NCBI GenBank assembly: GCA_046051205.1 | Contig: JBJOOQ010000001.1 | Coordinates: 1 to 52,301 of the forward strand | DNA: 52,301 bases | Direction of reading: 5' to 3' | Source: Actinomycetota bacterium | GTDB lineage: Bacteria > Actinomycetota > Acidimicrobiia > Acidimicrobiales > Ilumatobacteraceae | Part shown: positions 18,414-27,959 of the stretch, piece by piece | Layout: each line of letters opens with the position of its first letter | Numbering within the stretch: position 1 is the stretch's first letter | Notes under the pieces: generated by a model | Databases searched by the model: none | What the model saw: only the letters and a program-made list of their open reading frames with translations | Told to the model about the DNA's origin: nothing | Position numbers and translations under genes: made by a program

Positions 18414-19127
18414 CTACTTCTTTGTTGCGTGCATCAATTGCGTAAGACCACCGGAAAGTTGCTCGTGCCGCACATGCTCAAAACCTGCATTCCGCAACAT
18501 GACCACCAATTGCTCTGGTGATGGCAAGTACGCCACGCTTTTCGGCAAGTAGTTGTACGCAGCGCGATTAGAGAGCAGCCCTCCGATTCGCGGAACTACT
18601 TTTCCGAAATAGACACTGTTGCCCCAGCGGATAAGCGGATTGGTAGGCGTGCTCACATCGAGTAACGCAATTCGGCCACCCGATTTCGTAACGCGTGCAA
18701 TTTCATGGAAGAACACATTGAGATCAACCAGGTTGCGCAAGGCGAAGCCGCAGGTCACTCCATCAACCGACTGGGTTGCAATTGGCAATCGAAGAATGTC
18801 GGCTTGCACTCGTGGCGCTTTGCTGTGGTCTGCAGCAAGCATGCCGAACGACATGTCAAACGAGAGTGGTATGAGCCCAGCCTTACGAAGGTCAACACAA
18901 AGGTCGCCGGTTCCACTAGCGAGATCAAGCACACGAGCACCTTTTGCTAGTGCGAGCTTGCGCACTGCAATTTTGCGCCAACGCGTATCGAGCCGAAAGG
19001 TCATGATGCGGTTCACCATGTCGTAACGCGGAGCGATCGCATCAAACATGTTCTGAACGACTTTGGCCTTGGCATCTCCCTGAGGAAGTTCCTGTGTGTC
19101 CCAAGCCACTTTGTCAGAATTGCTCAC
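18414..19127 (-). CDS. menG: Demethylmenaquinone methyltransferase (UbiE/MenG family)
   Basis: FDAIAPRYDMVNRIMTF signature, SAM motif VLDLASGTGD, and FALRNL. Confidence 0.92.
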   Translation of the reverse strand: MSNSDKVAWDTQELPQGDAKAKVVQNMFDAIAPRYDMVNRIMTFRLDTRWRKIAVRKLALAKGARVLDLASGTGDLCVDLRKAGLIPLSFDMSFGMLAADHSKAPRVQADILRLPIATQSVDGVTCGFALRNLVDLNVFFHEIARVTKSGGRIALLDVSTPTNPLIRWGNSVYFGKVVPRIGGLLSNRAAYNYLPKSVAYLPSPEQLVVMLRNAGFEHVRHEQLSGGLTQLMHATKK

Positions 19128-19206
19128 CTCGTCAGGTTACGACACTCTCGGCAATACTTGATGGTTGACCTCACCACTTTGTGGGACGGGAAAGGTTTGG
19201 GGACCG

Positions 19207-20427
19207 ATGATCGACTTTACGTTTACGCCAGAGATTGAAGCAGTGCGCCTAAAAGTGCGTGCCTTCATGGACGAACAAGTTCGCCCTCAGTGGGACGCAA
19301 TTGACCAAAATGACCGTGCGCAAGTGGTGAAGGCCATTGTTGAATTGCGCAAATTGGCTCGCGAGGACTGGAACCTGTGGCTTCCGCATATGCCTGCTGA
19401 ATGGGGCGGCATGGGGCTTGGTCCAACAGCCATGGCAGCAGTGTCGGCTGAAGCAGCAAAGGTGAGCATCGGGCCATACGTGTTGAATGCACAGGCACCC
19501 GATGAGGGCAACCAGCACACGCTGTTGCATTGGGGAACGCCGGAGCAAAAAGAAAAGTATCTGCGTCCTTTGTGTGAAGGTCGCATGCGTTCCTGCTTCG
19601 CCATGACCGAACCTGAAGTAGCTGGTAGCGATCCAACGCTCATTAAAACATTCGCATATAAAGACGGCGATGAATGGGTGATCAACGGTCACAAATGGTT
19701 TATCTCCGGCGCGCGTGGCGCACAGTTTGCTTTGCTTGTTGCGCGCACTGAAGAGGATCCAGATCTTCCGCAAGCAGCAAACTCGTGTTTCATCGTGGAT
19801 ATTCCGAGTGAGGGTTGGAATATTGTTCGCGACGTAGAGACGATGTCTGGCGGACACAACCATTGTGAGATTGAAATCAAAGATTTGCGAGTGTCAAACG
19901 CAAACATGCTCGGCGGACGTGGGCAAGGTCACTTGCTCGGTCAGTATCGACTTGGACCTGCACGACTTGCTCACTGCATGCGATGGATTGCTCAAGCAGA
20001 AACCGCTCTCGACATGATGGTGGCGCGTGCTTTAGAGCGTTACTCACATGGGTCTCTGCTTGCTGAAAAGCAAGGCATTCAATGGCTCATCGCTGATTCT
20101 GCGATGGAGATGTATCAAGGCAAACTCATGATCTTGCATGCTGCATACAAGATCGAACACGGCATGGACTTCACAAGCGAAGTGAGCATGACCAAGCATT
20201 TCGTTGCCAACAGTTTGTGGAGAATTATCGACCGTGCAATCCAAGTGCATGGCGCTCTTGGCTACAGCACCGATACGCCTCTTGCGGGAATGCTGCAACA
20301 AGCAAGGTGGAGTCGTTTTGCAGACGGTGCTGACGAGATCCATCAAATGCGCATCGCACAACGCACTATCTCGGCGTACAAAGATTTTGGAACAACGAAG
20401 AAAGCAACAGGAGACCTTCCACTATGA
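19207..20427 (+). CDS. Acyl-CoA dehydrogenase
   Basis: ACAD motifs CFAMTEPEVAGSDP and QVHGALGYS. The ATG at 19207 gives the typical N-terminus MIDFTFTPE. Confidence 0.9.
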   Translation: MIDFTFTPEIEAVRLKVRAFMDEQVRPQWDAIDQNDRAQVVKAIVELRKLAREDWNLWLPHMPAEWGGMGLGPTAMAAVSAEAAKVSIGPYVLNAQAPDEGNQHTLLHWGTPEQKEKYLRPLCEGRMRSCFAMTEPEVAGSDPTLIKTFAYKDGDEWVINGHKWFISGARGAQFALLVARTEEDPDLPQAANSCFIVDIPSEGWNIVRDVETMSGGHNHCEIEIKDLRVSNANMLGGRGQGHLLGQYRLGPARLAHCMRWIAQAETALDMMVARALERYSHGSLLAEKQGIQWLIADSAMEMYQGKLMILHAAYKIEHGMDFTSEVSMTKHFVANSLWRIIDRAIQVHGALGYSTDTPLAGMLQQARWSRFADGADEIHQMRIAQRTISAYKDFGTTKKATGDLPL

Positions 20428-21389
20428 GCAAACAGGACATCACGTTTGGCGTTTTCATGCCGCAGGGCTGGAAAATGGAATTGGTTGGCATTCCTAGTGC
20501 AGTAGATAAGTGGAATGCTGCGGTGGATATCGCAGTAACGGCTGAGCAACTTGGGTTTGACTCAATTTGGGTGTACGACCACTTTCATAACGTTCCTCGT
20601 CCTGCTCACGAAACGGTGTTTGAGTGCTGGACGGTTATGGCGGCAATCAGTCAGCTCACCACCCGCATTCGGTTGGGTCAAATGGTTGGTTGCAACCTGT
20701 ACCGACCGCCAGCGCTTTTGGCAAAAATCACCAGCACGCTTGACGTGATTTCTGGAGGTCGACTGGACTGGGGGATTGGTGCCGGTTGGTACGAAAACGA
20801 GTGTCGCGGATACGGATATGAATTCCCTGTTCCAAAAGATCGCATTGCCATGCTTCGCGAGTGTGTGGAAATTGTGAAGATGATGTGGTCACAAGAAGAA
20901 ACGACCTACGACGGAAAGTACTACCAACTCGTTCGCGCAAACTGTGATCCGAAACCGCTACAAGCACCACGTCCGCCAATTTGGATCGGTGGTGGAGGAG
21001 AACAACTCACACTTCGCGTTGTTGCTCAGCACGCCGACTATTCAAACTTTGGTGGCTCTGCCGAAGAGTTTTCACGCAAAGTTGAGATCTTGAAGGGCCA
21101 TTGCCTGAAAGTCGGTCGCGACGAGTCCGAGATCAAGAAGACAACATCAGGCGAAATTCTTATTCGCGATACCGAAAAGGAACTTCGCGAATATCAGATC
21201 GCCAGTGGTCGAGGAGACAACTTCGAACAGTGGAGCAATGCCAACTTTGTAGGAACGCCTGATCAAGTTGCAGAACGCATTGCCGATTTCGTAGAACGCG
21301 GATGCAGCGGATTTGTGCCGTGGTGCGTCGACTATCCAGACAAGCAAACGCTTACCGAGTTTGCAAAAATTATGAAGACGTACCGCTAA
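20424..21389 (+). CDS. Luciferase-like monooxygenase family, probable F420-dependent oxidoreductase (Rv1855c-like)
   Basis: LLM-fold sequence FGVFMPQGW...FDSIWVYDHF...GGRLDWGIGAGW. ATGA overlap with the ACAD stop. Confidence 0.85.
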   Translation: MSKQDITFGVFMPQGWKMELVGIPSAVDKWNAAVDIAVTAEQLGFDSIWVYDHFHNVPRPAHETVFECWTVMAAISQLTTRIRLGQMVGCNLYRPPALLAKITSTLDVISGGRLDWGIGAGWYENECRGYGYEFPVPKDRIAMLRECVEIVKMMWSQEETTYDGKYYQLVRANCDPKPLQAPRPPIWIGGGGEQLTLRVVAQHADYSNFGGSAEEFSRKVEILKGHCLKVGRDESEIKKTTSGEILIRDTEKELREYQIASGRGDNFEQWSNANFVGTPDQVAERIADFVERGCSGFVPWCVDYPDKQTLTEFAKIMKTYR

Positions 21390-21393
21390 CTAG

Positions 21394-21849
21394 TTAGTAG
21401 TAGTGGCGGAAGATAATTTCTGCAACGCATGAAGGCTTAGTTGCGCCTTCACATTCAAATGTGGTTTCGAGCACTACTTGGGCTCCACCCGCAATTTCGG
21501 TTGCTTCAAGCAATTTGATTCCCGCGCGAACTTTTGCACCCACCGGAACTGGTGCCATGAAACGAACCTTGTTTGTTCCGTAGTTCACGCCCATCTTGAC
21601 GCCTTCTACTTTCCAAATTTGACCGATCAACACTGGAGCCAATGAAAGAGTGAGGTAACCGTGCGCGATGGTCTGTCCGAAAGGACCGGTTTTCGCGCGC
21701 TCAGTGTCTAGGTGGATCCACTGATGGTCGCCTGTGGCGTCTGCGAAGAGTTGTACTTGTTCCTGGGTGACAGTGATGTAATCGCTATAACCGAGATGTT
21801 GGCCTACATGAGCCATGAGGTCTGCTTGATCTTTGATGATGGTTGCCAT
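21394..21849 (-). CDS. MaoC-family (R)-specific enoyl-CoA hydratase/dehydratase
   Basis: Hot-dog fold motif FADATGDHQWIHLD...GQTIAHGYL. ATG at 21849 (MATIIKDQ). Confidence 0.88.
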   Translation of the reverse strand: MATIIKDQADLMAHVGQHLGYSDYITVTQEQVQLFADATGDHQWIHLDTERAKTGPFGQTIAHGYLTLSLAPVLIGQIWKVEGVKMGVNYGTNKVRFMAPVPVGAKVRAGIKLLEATEIAGGAQVVLETTFECEGATKPSCVAEIIFRHYY

Positions 21850-21863
21850 GACTTCAGTGTTGC

Positions 21864-21898
21864 AGAAAAAGCAGACCAAAAACGAACTTGAGAGTTCG
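21864..21898 (-). terminator. Candidate intrinsic terminator downstream of the 132-aa membrane protein gene
   Basis: On the minus strand, CGAACT-ctca-AGTTCG (plus-strand 21883-21898) is followed immediately by TTTTTGGTCTGCTTTTT. The stem is only 6 bp. Confidence 0.4.
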
Positions 21899-21900
21899 GG

Positions 21901-22299
21901 CTAGCGGAACCACACCTTTTGGTGGGAACGGCTTTGCGTGTGCAGGAGCAGCGCAATTAGAGCAATGTCAAAAATTGCGCCAAGGAAAGACACACCAATG
22001 AGGCGCCGATAGACAATCAGGTTTGAGACAAACGGGGTAAATGATGCAGCGACGGCAATCTTGTAGCCAATTTTGCGCTCGTTGGCCATCAGTAAGCCGC
22101 CGAGAACGTGTGCTGCGATAACTGCAAGCCCATACACGGGACCAAAAGTGAAGAATCGACGGATGTATCCCAGTTCCATTCGGCTATCTACGAAGTTCGC
22201 AAAAGCGAAAAATCCGTTGATGTACAACAACCAGGTTGCGATTTGCAACGTCTGTGGTTGCATTCGGTCGAACCACTTCTTCCAATTGATGTTCTGCAC
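21901..22299 (-). CDS. Hypothetical small integral membrane protein (132 aa, about 4 TM)
   Basis: ORF with four hydrophobic segments and no recognisable family motif. Confidence 0.6.
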   Translation of the reverse strand: MQNINWKKWFDRMQPQTLQIATWLLYINGFFAFANFVDSRMELGYIRRFFTFGPVYGLAVIAAHVLGGLLMANERKIGYKIAVAASFTPFVSNLIVYRRLIGVSFLGAIFDIALIALLLHTQSRSHQKVWFR

Positions 22300-22330
22300 C
22301 GTTTCATTCTTGCAGAACTAGCCTGTAGAT

Positions 22331-23170
22331 ATGCGTTCGGGCTTTGTTTCACTTGTTGGACGCCCAAATGTCGGTAAGTCAACTCTTGTAAATGCCTTAT
22401 GCGGAGTGAAGGTCAGCATTGTTTCCGACAAACCGCAAACTACGCGCACTCGAATTCGTGGTGTTGTGACCAAGGATGATTATCAAATCATCTTCGTAGA
22501 CACGCCGGGCTTACACAAGGCAGTAAGTGCCTTAGGTGAGCGTGTAAATGCAACAGCTTTGGAGTCAACAAAAGACGTTGACGTCGTGTGTTTGGTTATC
22601 GACGCCACGCAGCCATTTGGTTCTGGAGATCAGTGGGTGGCCAGTCACATCGACATGTCCAAGGCGATCGTCATTTTGAACAAGATTGATAGAGCATCAC
22701 CGCAACAAATTCTGAAGCAGTTGACGAAACTCAGCGAACTTGGTGCATCTGAGTATTTTCCTGTGAGTGCGCAGACGGGTGCGGGAATTGCAGAGTTATC
22801 ACAGCATTTAGGAAAACTGCTCCCCGAAGGTGAACAGTTGTATCCAACCGAAATGACTACCGAGACATCTCCTGGTGAATGGGTTGCTGAGCTTGTTCGC
22901 GAACAGTTGCTTGCGATCACCTTTGACGAATTGCCATATTCCATTGCTACTCGCGTGACTGAATGGGAAGACAACAAGGTGCGATGCGAAATTGTTGTCG
23001 AGCGTGATAGTCAAAAAGGAATGGTCATTGGTAAGGGTGGGCTACTACTTAAAGAAGTGGGAACTGCCGTTCGCAAGCAGTTGCCAAAAGGCACGTACCT
23101 CGAGTTGGCTGTAGTTGTCGACAAGAACTGGCAGCAACGACCCGATCGCGTCGAGCGACTGGGCTACTAG
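22331..23170 (+). CDS. era: GTPase Era
   Basis: G1 GRPNVGKST, G3 DTPG, G4 NKID, and a C-terminal KH domain (VIGKGG). A TAGCCT -10-like hexamer at 22319-22324 sits 6 nt upstream of the ATG. Confidence 0.93.
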   Translation: MRSGFVSLVGRPNVGKSTLVNALCGVKVSIVSDKPQTTRTRIRGVVTKDDYQIIFVDTPGLHKAVSALGERVNATALESTKDVDVVCLVIDATQPFGSGDQWVASHIDMSKAIVILNKIDRASPQQILKQLTKLSELGASEYFPVSAQTGAGIAELSQHLGKLLPEGEQLYPTEMTTETSPGEWVAELVREQLLAITFDELPYSIATRVTEWEDNKVRCEIVVERDSQKGMVIGKGGLLLKEVGTAVRKQLPKGTYLELAVVVDKNWQQRPDRVERLGY

Positions 23171-23779
23171 TTACTTCGCTATCAGCATTTTGTAATCGTC
23201 AAACGTCACTGGAGTGCCGGCTCCTGCAATGTCACCGCGACCACGCGGCACTCCGATTGCTTTGCCTCCAACGCTGAATGTCACTTGCCCGATGCCGGGT
23301 TGGCTGGTGAGTGTGAGCACTATTTGAGCAATCGCTAAACGTTGCTCGTTGGGTTTAATCGAATCTAGGTAAACGCGTTTTGCATTTACGTTCGCAACTC
23401 CGCCTTCAACTTCGATAACCGCAGCAAAGTCGACTGGCAGAAGAGTTTTCACTTTGGTGTGTGCAGGATCAGGCAGTCCGGCAACCAATGCTGTGAAAAC
23501 TCCTTGTAAATCTGTTGGGGATGGAATCTCTAGTCGTACTCGCTCCAGCGAGGATCCATCAACAAAATATAGATCGGCCTGCTCGAAGGTAGATCCTGTT
23601 AACGGTGGAATCAGTTCTACTGAAGTAGTTGTGGCAGGCGCTGATGTCTCTGGGGAGTTGAGTTCAAAAGGGATGTCGTTTGAGTTGATTTCATCGACTT
23701 CTCCGGATTTTGGAACAGCGCATGATGCAAGAACGATGCACAGGGCACAAAACCGATAGGGGATTAGACGATTGATCAT
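23171..23779 (-). CDS. GerMN-domain lipoprotein (short LpqB-like)
   Basis: Signal peptide with lipobox LASC. It lies immediately downstream (2 nt) of the sensor kinase, as lpqB follows mtrB. Confidence 0.75.
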   Translation of the reverse strand: MINRLIPYRFCALCIVLASCAVPKSGEVDEINSNDIPFELNSPETSAPATTTSVELIPPLTGSTFEQADLYFVDGSSLERVRLEIPSPTDLQGVFTALVAGLPDPAHTKVKTLLPVDFAAVIEVEGGVANVNAKRVYLDSIKPNEQRLAIAQIVLTLTSQPGIGQVTFSVGGKAIGVPRGRGDIAGAGTPVTFDDYKMLIAK

Positions 23780-23781
23780 GA

Positions 23782-25197
23782 TCAGCTTTCAGTCCTTGCG
23801 AACGTGACAACGAACCTTGAACCACCATCGCTCGACTCCTCTACGTGAGCGCTGCCGTGAAGGGCTCGAGCGTGCTCTCTCACTATTGCTAATCCGAGGC
23901 CGCTGCCTTTGCTATGCCGGGAAGCGCTTCCGCGTGCAAAGCGATCAAAAACTTGATTACGTTCGGTCACTAAAACTCCAGGTCCGGCGTCGTGTACTGC
24001 GAGTGTAAACGTGTTTCCATCGCTGCTGAGTGTCACCCTTGTGGCTCCGTTGGCATGATCTCGGGCGTTTTCTAGAAGATTCACCAATATGCGCTCTATG
24101 CGACGCCTATCAAGACGAGTTTCGTCGTCGGCCCGGGTTTCACCGTCGGAGGTTTGCACCGAACTGACAAATGGGATGTCACCGAAGCCATACCGATGCA
24201 TGATGCGACTGATGAGGTCGTTGAGCGCAACGTCCTCGGTCTCATGGTCTGCAACTTGGGCGTCAAGGCGTGAAAGCTCCAAGAGATCAAGAACGGTTCT
24301 GTCGAATCGTTCGATCTGCTTCTGCATGATGTCAATTGCTTGTTGATTTCGCTCAGAGAATTCGGATCTTCGAGAAACGAGAACATCCGCTGCTGCCGAC
24401 AAAGCGGTAACGGGTGATCGCAATTCATGGCTGACATCGCTAGCGAAACGCTGTTCACGTTCAATTCGCTGTTGAACGGCATCTGCCATCTCGTTAAATG
24501 AAACAACAAGTCGGTCTAGGTCTGAGTCATCTTCCTGAACTAATCGAGTATCAAGGCCACCCGTAGCAATTTGGTTTGCGGCGAACGCAACTCGTGTGAG
24601 CGGTTGAAGCACGGTTCTGCTCATGGTTAACCCAAGAACTCCTGCAGCGAGAGTAATGAGTACAACTCCGATGAGCAGCGTGATTTGGATGGTGCGCAGC
24701 GTGTTCTGCACGTCGGTTACAGGAAACGCTTCAAAGTAATGCAGACCGATTGACGGAACAGCGACGCCGATTGCTTCGTATGGCTTATTCTCGAATTGAA
24801 ATCGTTGTCTGCTCGTCTTGTCGTTGAGTGTCCGTTCAACCAACTCTGGAGGCAAGTTTGACTGAGTGAATCGAAGTGGTTCCTGCGCATAAAACAGCGA
24901 TGCACGTCCTGGTCGTTCATCAAGTTGCACGACCGCGTATCCACCTTGTTCGGTTCGGATTTGTGTTACTAAGTCAGCGATATTTGCACTGTCTGTTTCG
25001 ACGATGTTGCGCATGAGCTGCGCGTTATTGAAAGCCTGTCGCTGAGCGACCTCTGATCGTTGACCAAGCAGGTATGAGCGTGTGCTGGCATAGGTCACCA
25101 CGCTGAGCGCTATGGCAGCTGCCATCGCCGCAAGACCGAAGAACAACACCATTCTGTGCTTCAACCCAAGTTTTCGGGGGAAGCGCAACTGACTCAT
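23782..25197 (-). CDS. Two-component sensor histidine kinase (TM-HAMP-HisKA-HATPase), MtrB-like
   Basis: H-box FASDVSHELRSPVT, N-box LLENARDH, and G-box GSGLGLAIV. ATG at 25197 (MSQLRFPRK). Confidence 0.9.
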   Translation of the reverse strand: MSQLRFPRKLGLKHRMVLFFGLAAMAAAIALSVVTYASTRSYLLGQRSEVAQRQAFNNAQLMRNIVETDSANIADLVTQIRTEQGGYAVVQLDERPGRASLFYAQEPLRFTQSNLPPELVERTLNDKTSRQRFQFENKPYEAIGVAVPSIGLHYFEAFPVTDVQNTLRTIQITLLIGVVLITLAAGVLGLTMSRTVLQPLTRVAFAANQIATGGLDTRLVQEDDSDLDRLVVSFNEMADAVQQRIEREQRFASDVSHELRSPVTALSAAADVLVSRRSEFSERNQQAIDIMQKQIERFDRTVLDLLELSRLDAQVADHETEDVALNDLISRIMHRYGFGDIPFVSSVQTSDGETRADDETRLDRRRIERILVNLLENARDHANGATRVTLSSDGNTFTLAVHDAGPGVLVTERNQVFDRFARGSASRHSKGSGLGLAIVREHARALHGSAHVEESSDGGSRFVVTFARTES

Positions 25198-25366
25198 GGA
25201 TACAGCATGGCAGTAAAAGGGCAAGACCGGAACCGGCGGGGTTCAAGGGGGAGCATGAACACCCGCCGATTCGATAGGCAAATTCTGCTTCCCCTGTATG
25301 ACATTTGCTGATGATTTGTGTGCGTTTTCTGTAACAATTTGCGCATATCGGGCAGACTGCATAGCG

Positions 25367-26056
25367 ATGTTTACGTTGCTGTTCATTGAAGACGACGAAG
25401 CCATTCGTACGGCACTGCGGCTTGTGCTTGAGGACGAAGGGTATGAAGTTGCAGAAGCAGGTGATGGAGAGACTGGCATCAAAATGTTCGGTCAAATTGA
25501 TCCAGATCTTGTTTTGCTGGATCTGCGATTGCCCGATATCTCGGGTTTCGAAGTGTGCAGGTCGATCCGACGAACGAGCATCACTCCAGTCATCATGGTG
25601 ACGGCCCAAACCGATACGTCTGATTTAGTGAACGGTTTTGACGCTGGTGCAGATGATTATGTGACAAAGCCTGTAGTTCCTAAAGAACTTGCAGCACGCA
25701 TTCGCGCAGCGTTACGTAGAACGCAAACTGTCGAGCCATCACCTTCGAGTGCAAAATCGTTGAACAGTATTGGTGATGTTGAAATAGACCGCAACATGAG
25801 CATCGTGAGGAAGGCAGGAGTTGAAATTCCGCTTACGAAAACTGAGTATCGGTTGCTAGTTGAGTTTGCGGATCATCCTGGAATGGTGATGTCGCGAGAT
25901 CAGTTGCTCGAGCGGGTGTGGGGGTACGAGTATTTAGGTGATTCACGTTTGGTGGATGCGCACGTGCGGCGTTTGCGAGTGAAAGTTGAAACCCAACCGG
26001 AAGAACCGACCATGATCGTTACCGTTCGCGGAATGGGTTATCGACTGCTGAGTTAA
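25367..26056 (+). CDS. OmpR-family response regulator, MtrA-like
   Basis: Receiver domain (FIEDDE, LLDLRLPD, TAQ) plus a winged helix ending VWGYEY..SRLVDAHVRRLRVKVE...TVRGMGY. ATG at 25367. Confidence 0.9.
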   Translation: MFTLLFIEDDEAIRTALRLVLEDEGYEVAEAGDGETGIKMFGQIDPDLVLLDLRLPDISGFEVCRSIRRTSITPVIMVTAQTDTSDLVNGFDAGADDYVTKPVVPKELAARIRAALRRTQTVEPSPSSAKSLNSIGDVEIDRNMSIVRKAGVEIPLTKTEYRLLVEFADHPGMVMSRDQLLERVWGYEYLGDSRLVDAHVRRLRVKVETQPEEPTMIVTVRGMGYRLLS

Positions 26057-26060
26057 AGCG

Positions 26061-27959
26061 CTAGATGGACTTAAGAAACTGCACAACTTCCGAGAACTCA
26101 ATAGTGCGTTTCATTGGTGGCAGCGTTGAAACAAGCTTCTTGCCATAACCCTTTGTGGCGAGTCGCGGGTCAAGAATGGCAACTACACCCGAGTCCTTTC
26201 GTGACCGGATCAATCGACCGGCTGCTTGAGCTAGTTGAGTTGCCGCAAGCGGAATGTCAATCTCGCTGAATGACGTCTTTCCAATCTCATCACGTCTGGC
26301 GCTGAGCAGCGGATCGTCGGGGCGAGGAAACGGGATTTTGTCAATTACTACGAGACTGAGGGTTTGCCCAGGAACGTCCACTCCTTGAAAAAATCCTGCG
26401 GTTGCGAATAGGCAAGATGATTCTTCAGATGCAAACGCATCCACCAAAGCCATTTTCGGTAGATCATCTTGGCGCCAAATTTTGTACTCGAGACGTCGCA
26501 TCATTTCATCAGCGGCTGCATGCATCGCTCGATAGGTGGTGAACAATGCCAAGGTGCGACCTTGAGCGGCGTTGATCAATTTCTCTAACTCGTCATGAAC
26601 AGCGTCATCTCTACGAGAGTCGTTTGGCAAAGGCAGGTGTTTAGCGCAGTACAACAGTGCGGAATTCTCATAATCAAACGGGCTGCCCACGTCAATCGCG
26701 TCAACCTCGTCTTCATTCAGGCCAATACGAGTGGGCATTGCGAGGGGGATGGTGGCGCTGGTGAGAATTGCCGTTCGTTTCGACCAGACACCGTTGTTCA
26801 GCGAAGGTCCTACATGGAGAGGTGCAAGTTCGAGAATTGGTCGATCTTTACTGCCACTTACGAAAGCCACGGTTCGCGACCCGGCTGTAAGGGATCCATC
26901 GATTACTTCGATCAATCGAGTGCTCAGAGTCTGCCCTCTTAGAATCCGCTGCTTTGCCGATTCGTCGTTGCTTGAGATCGCCTTTAGACCTGCCACCGCT
27001 TCATCGATCTTCAGTCGTAACCGAGCAAGGACATCTTGAATGTCATCTGGCAATGGAAGCGGTACACGTTTATCGACATCGCCCGCGATGTAGCCACCGA
27101 ACTCGGACGCAAGTTGCTGGAGAGACCCGGTTAATGCATCGTCTCTCACGATTGATCGCAATGCGCCTATTACATGCTGGATGCTTCCAGGACTGATTGA
27201 CATGCTGACTGAAGCACTCATGACGTCTTCGAGTTGGTGTGCTTCGTCAAATATCACCACGTCATGTTCAGGGAGTAACGCGCCATCAGTTGCAACGTCA
27301 AGGCCGTAGATGTGTGTGTTGACAACAATGACGTCTGCAATGGACGCAAAATCTCGTGCACGCTCGGTAAAGCACGTGTCACCCGATGGGCATCGACTTG
27401 CGCCTGGGCATTCATCACTACCAATACTCACGTGGCGCCATGCTGCGTCACGAGGTGTCCATGACAAATCGCCCGAATCCCCTGTGGTCGTGTTTTCAGA
27501 CCAGGCAACAAGTTTGTCAATATCGGACTTCACTTGTGCGCTGAATTCTTGGAGGTCGAGCTTGTGTTGTTTGGGTTCGCTGATCTCGGCAATGCGTTGT
27601 GCGCAAAGATAGTTATTGCGACCCTTTAACACCGCCCATGTAATTTCACGCCCGATGATTGGTGTAAGCGCTGAAGACAAAACGGGTAAGTCGTGTTTAG
27701 CAAGTTGATCCTGCAACGCCTTCGTGTACGTGGAAACAACAACGCGTTGTCCCGATGCAATTGCAGGCACCAAGTAACCAAGAGTTTTTCCAGTACCGGT
27801 CCCAGCCTGGACGATTAAATGGCGCTTGTTTTCGATTGCATCTGCGATTGCAGTCGCCATCGTGACCTGGCCAGATCGCGCCTCAACATTTGGCAGCGTG
27901 TCTACAACTGCTTGAAGAAGATCTACGACGTCAAGTTCGTGTTTCTTGTTAGCGGGCAT
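26061..27959 (-). CDS. dinG: DinG/XPD-family ATP-dependent DNA helicase with Fe-S cluster cysteines
   Basis: Walker A AGTGTGKT and DEAH box. Four Cys (NYLC...ECPGASRCPSGDTC) lie between motifs I and II. Confidence 0.88.
   Translation of the reverse strand: MPANKKHELDVVDLLQAVVDTLPNVEARSGQVTMATAIADAIENKRHLIVQAGTGTGKTLGYLVPAIASGQRVVVSTYTKALQDQLAKHDLPVLSSALTPIIGREITWAVLKGRNNYLCAQRIAEISEPKQHKLDLQEFSAQVKSDIDKLVAWSENTTTGDSGDLSWTPRDAAWRHVSIGSDECPGASRCPSGDTCFTERARDFASIADVIVVNTHIYGLDVATDGALLPEHDVVIFDEAHQLEDVMSASVSMSISPGSIQHVIGALRSIVRDDALTGSLQQLASEFGGYIAGDVDKRVPLPLPDDIQDVLARLRLKIDEAVAGLKAISSNDESAKQRILRGQTLSTRLIEVIDGSLTAGSRTVAFVSGSKDRPILELAPLHVGPSLNNGVWSKRTAILTSATIPLAMPTRIGLNEDEVDAIDVGSPFDYENSALLYCAKHLPLPNDSRRDDAVHDELEKLINAAQGRTLALFTTYRAMHAAADEMMRRLEYKIWRQDDLPKMALVDAFASEESSCLFATAGFFQGVDVPGQTLSLVVIDKIPFPRPDDPLLSARRDEIGKTSFSEIDIPLAATQLAQAAGRLIRSRKDSGVVAILDPRLATKGYGKKLVSTLPPMKRTIEFSEVVQFLKSI

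Noticed and set aside
25207-25308. Short ORFs in the kinase/regulator spacer: a 33-codon ORF from ATG 25207 and an 18-codon ORF from ATG 25255
   Set aside because: Neither has a usable ribosome-binding site. The AGGGGGAG tract ends 1 nt from the second ATG, and that ATG is buried in the hairpin stem. The sequence is more parsimoniously read as an RNA/DNA structure.
25298-25366. N-terminal extension of the response regulator (MTFADDLCAFSVTICAYRADCIA) from the ORF-track start
   Set aside because: OmpR-family receivers begin a few residues before the acidic pocket (here MFTLLFIEDDE). The extension is Cys-rich and unlike any receiver N-terminus.
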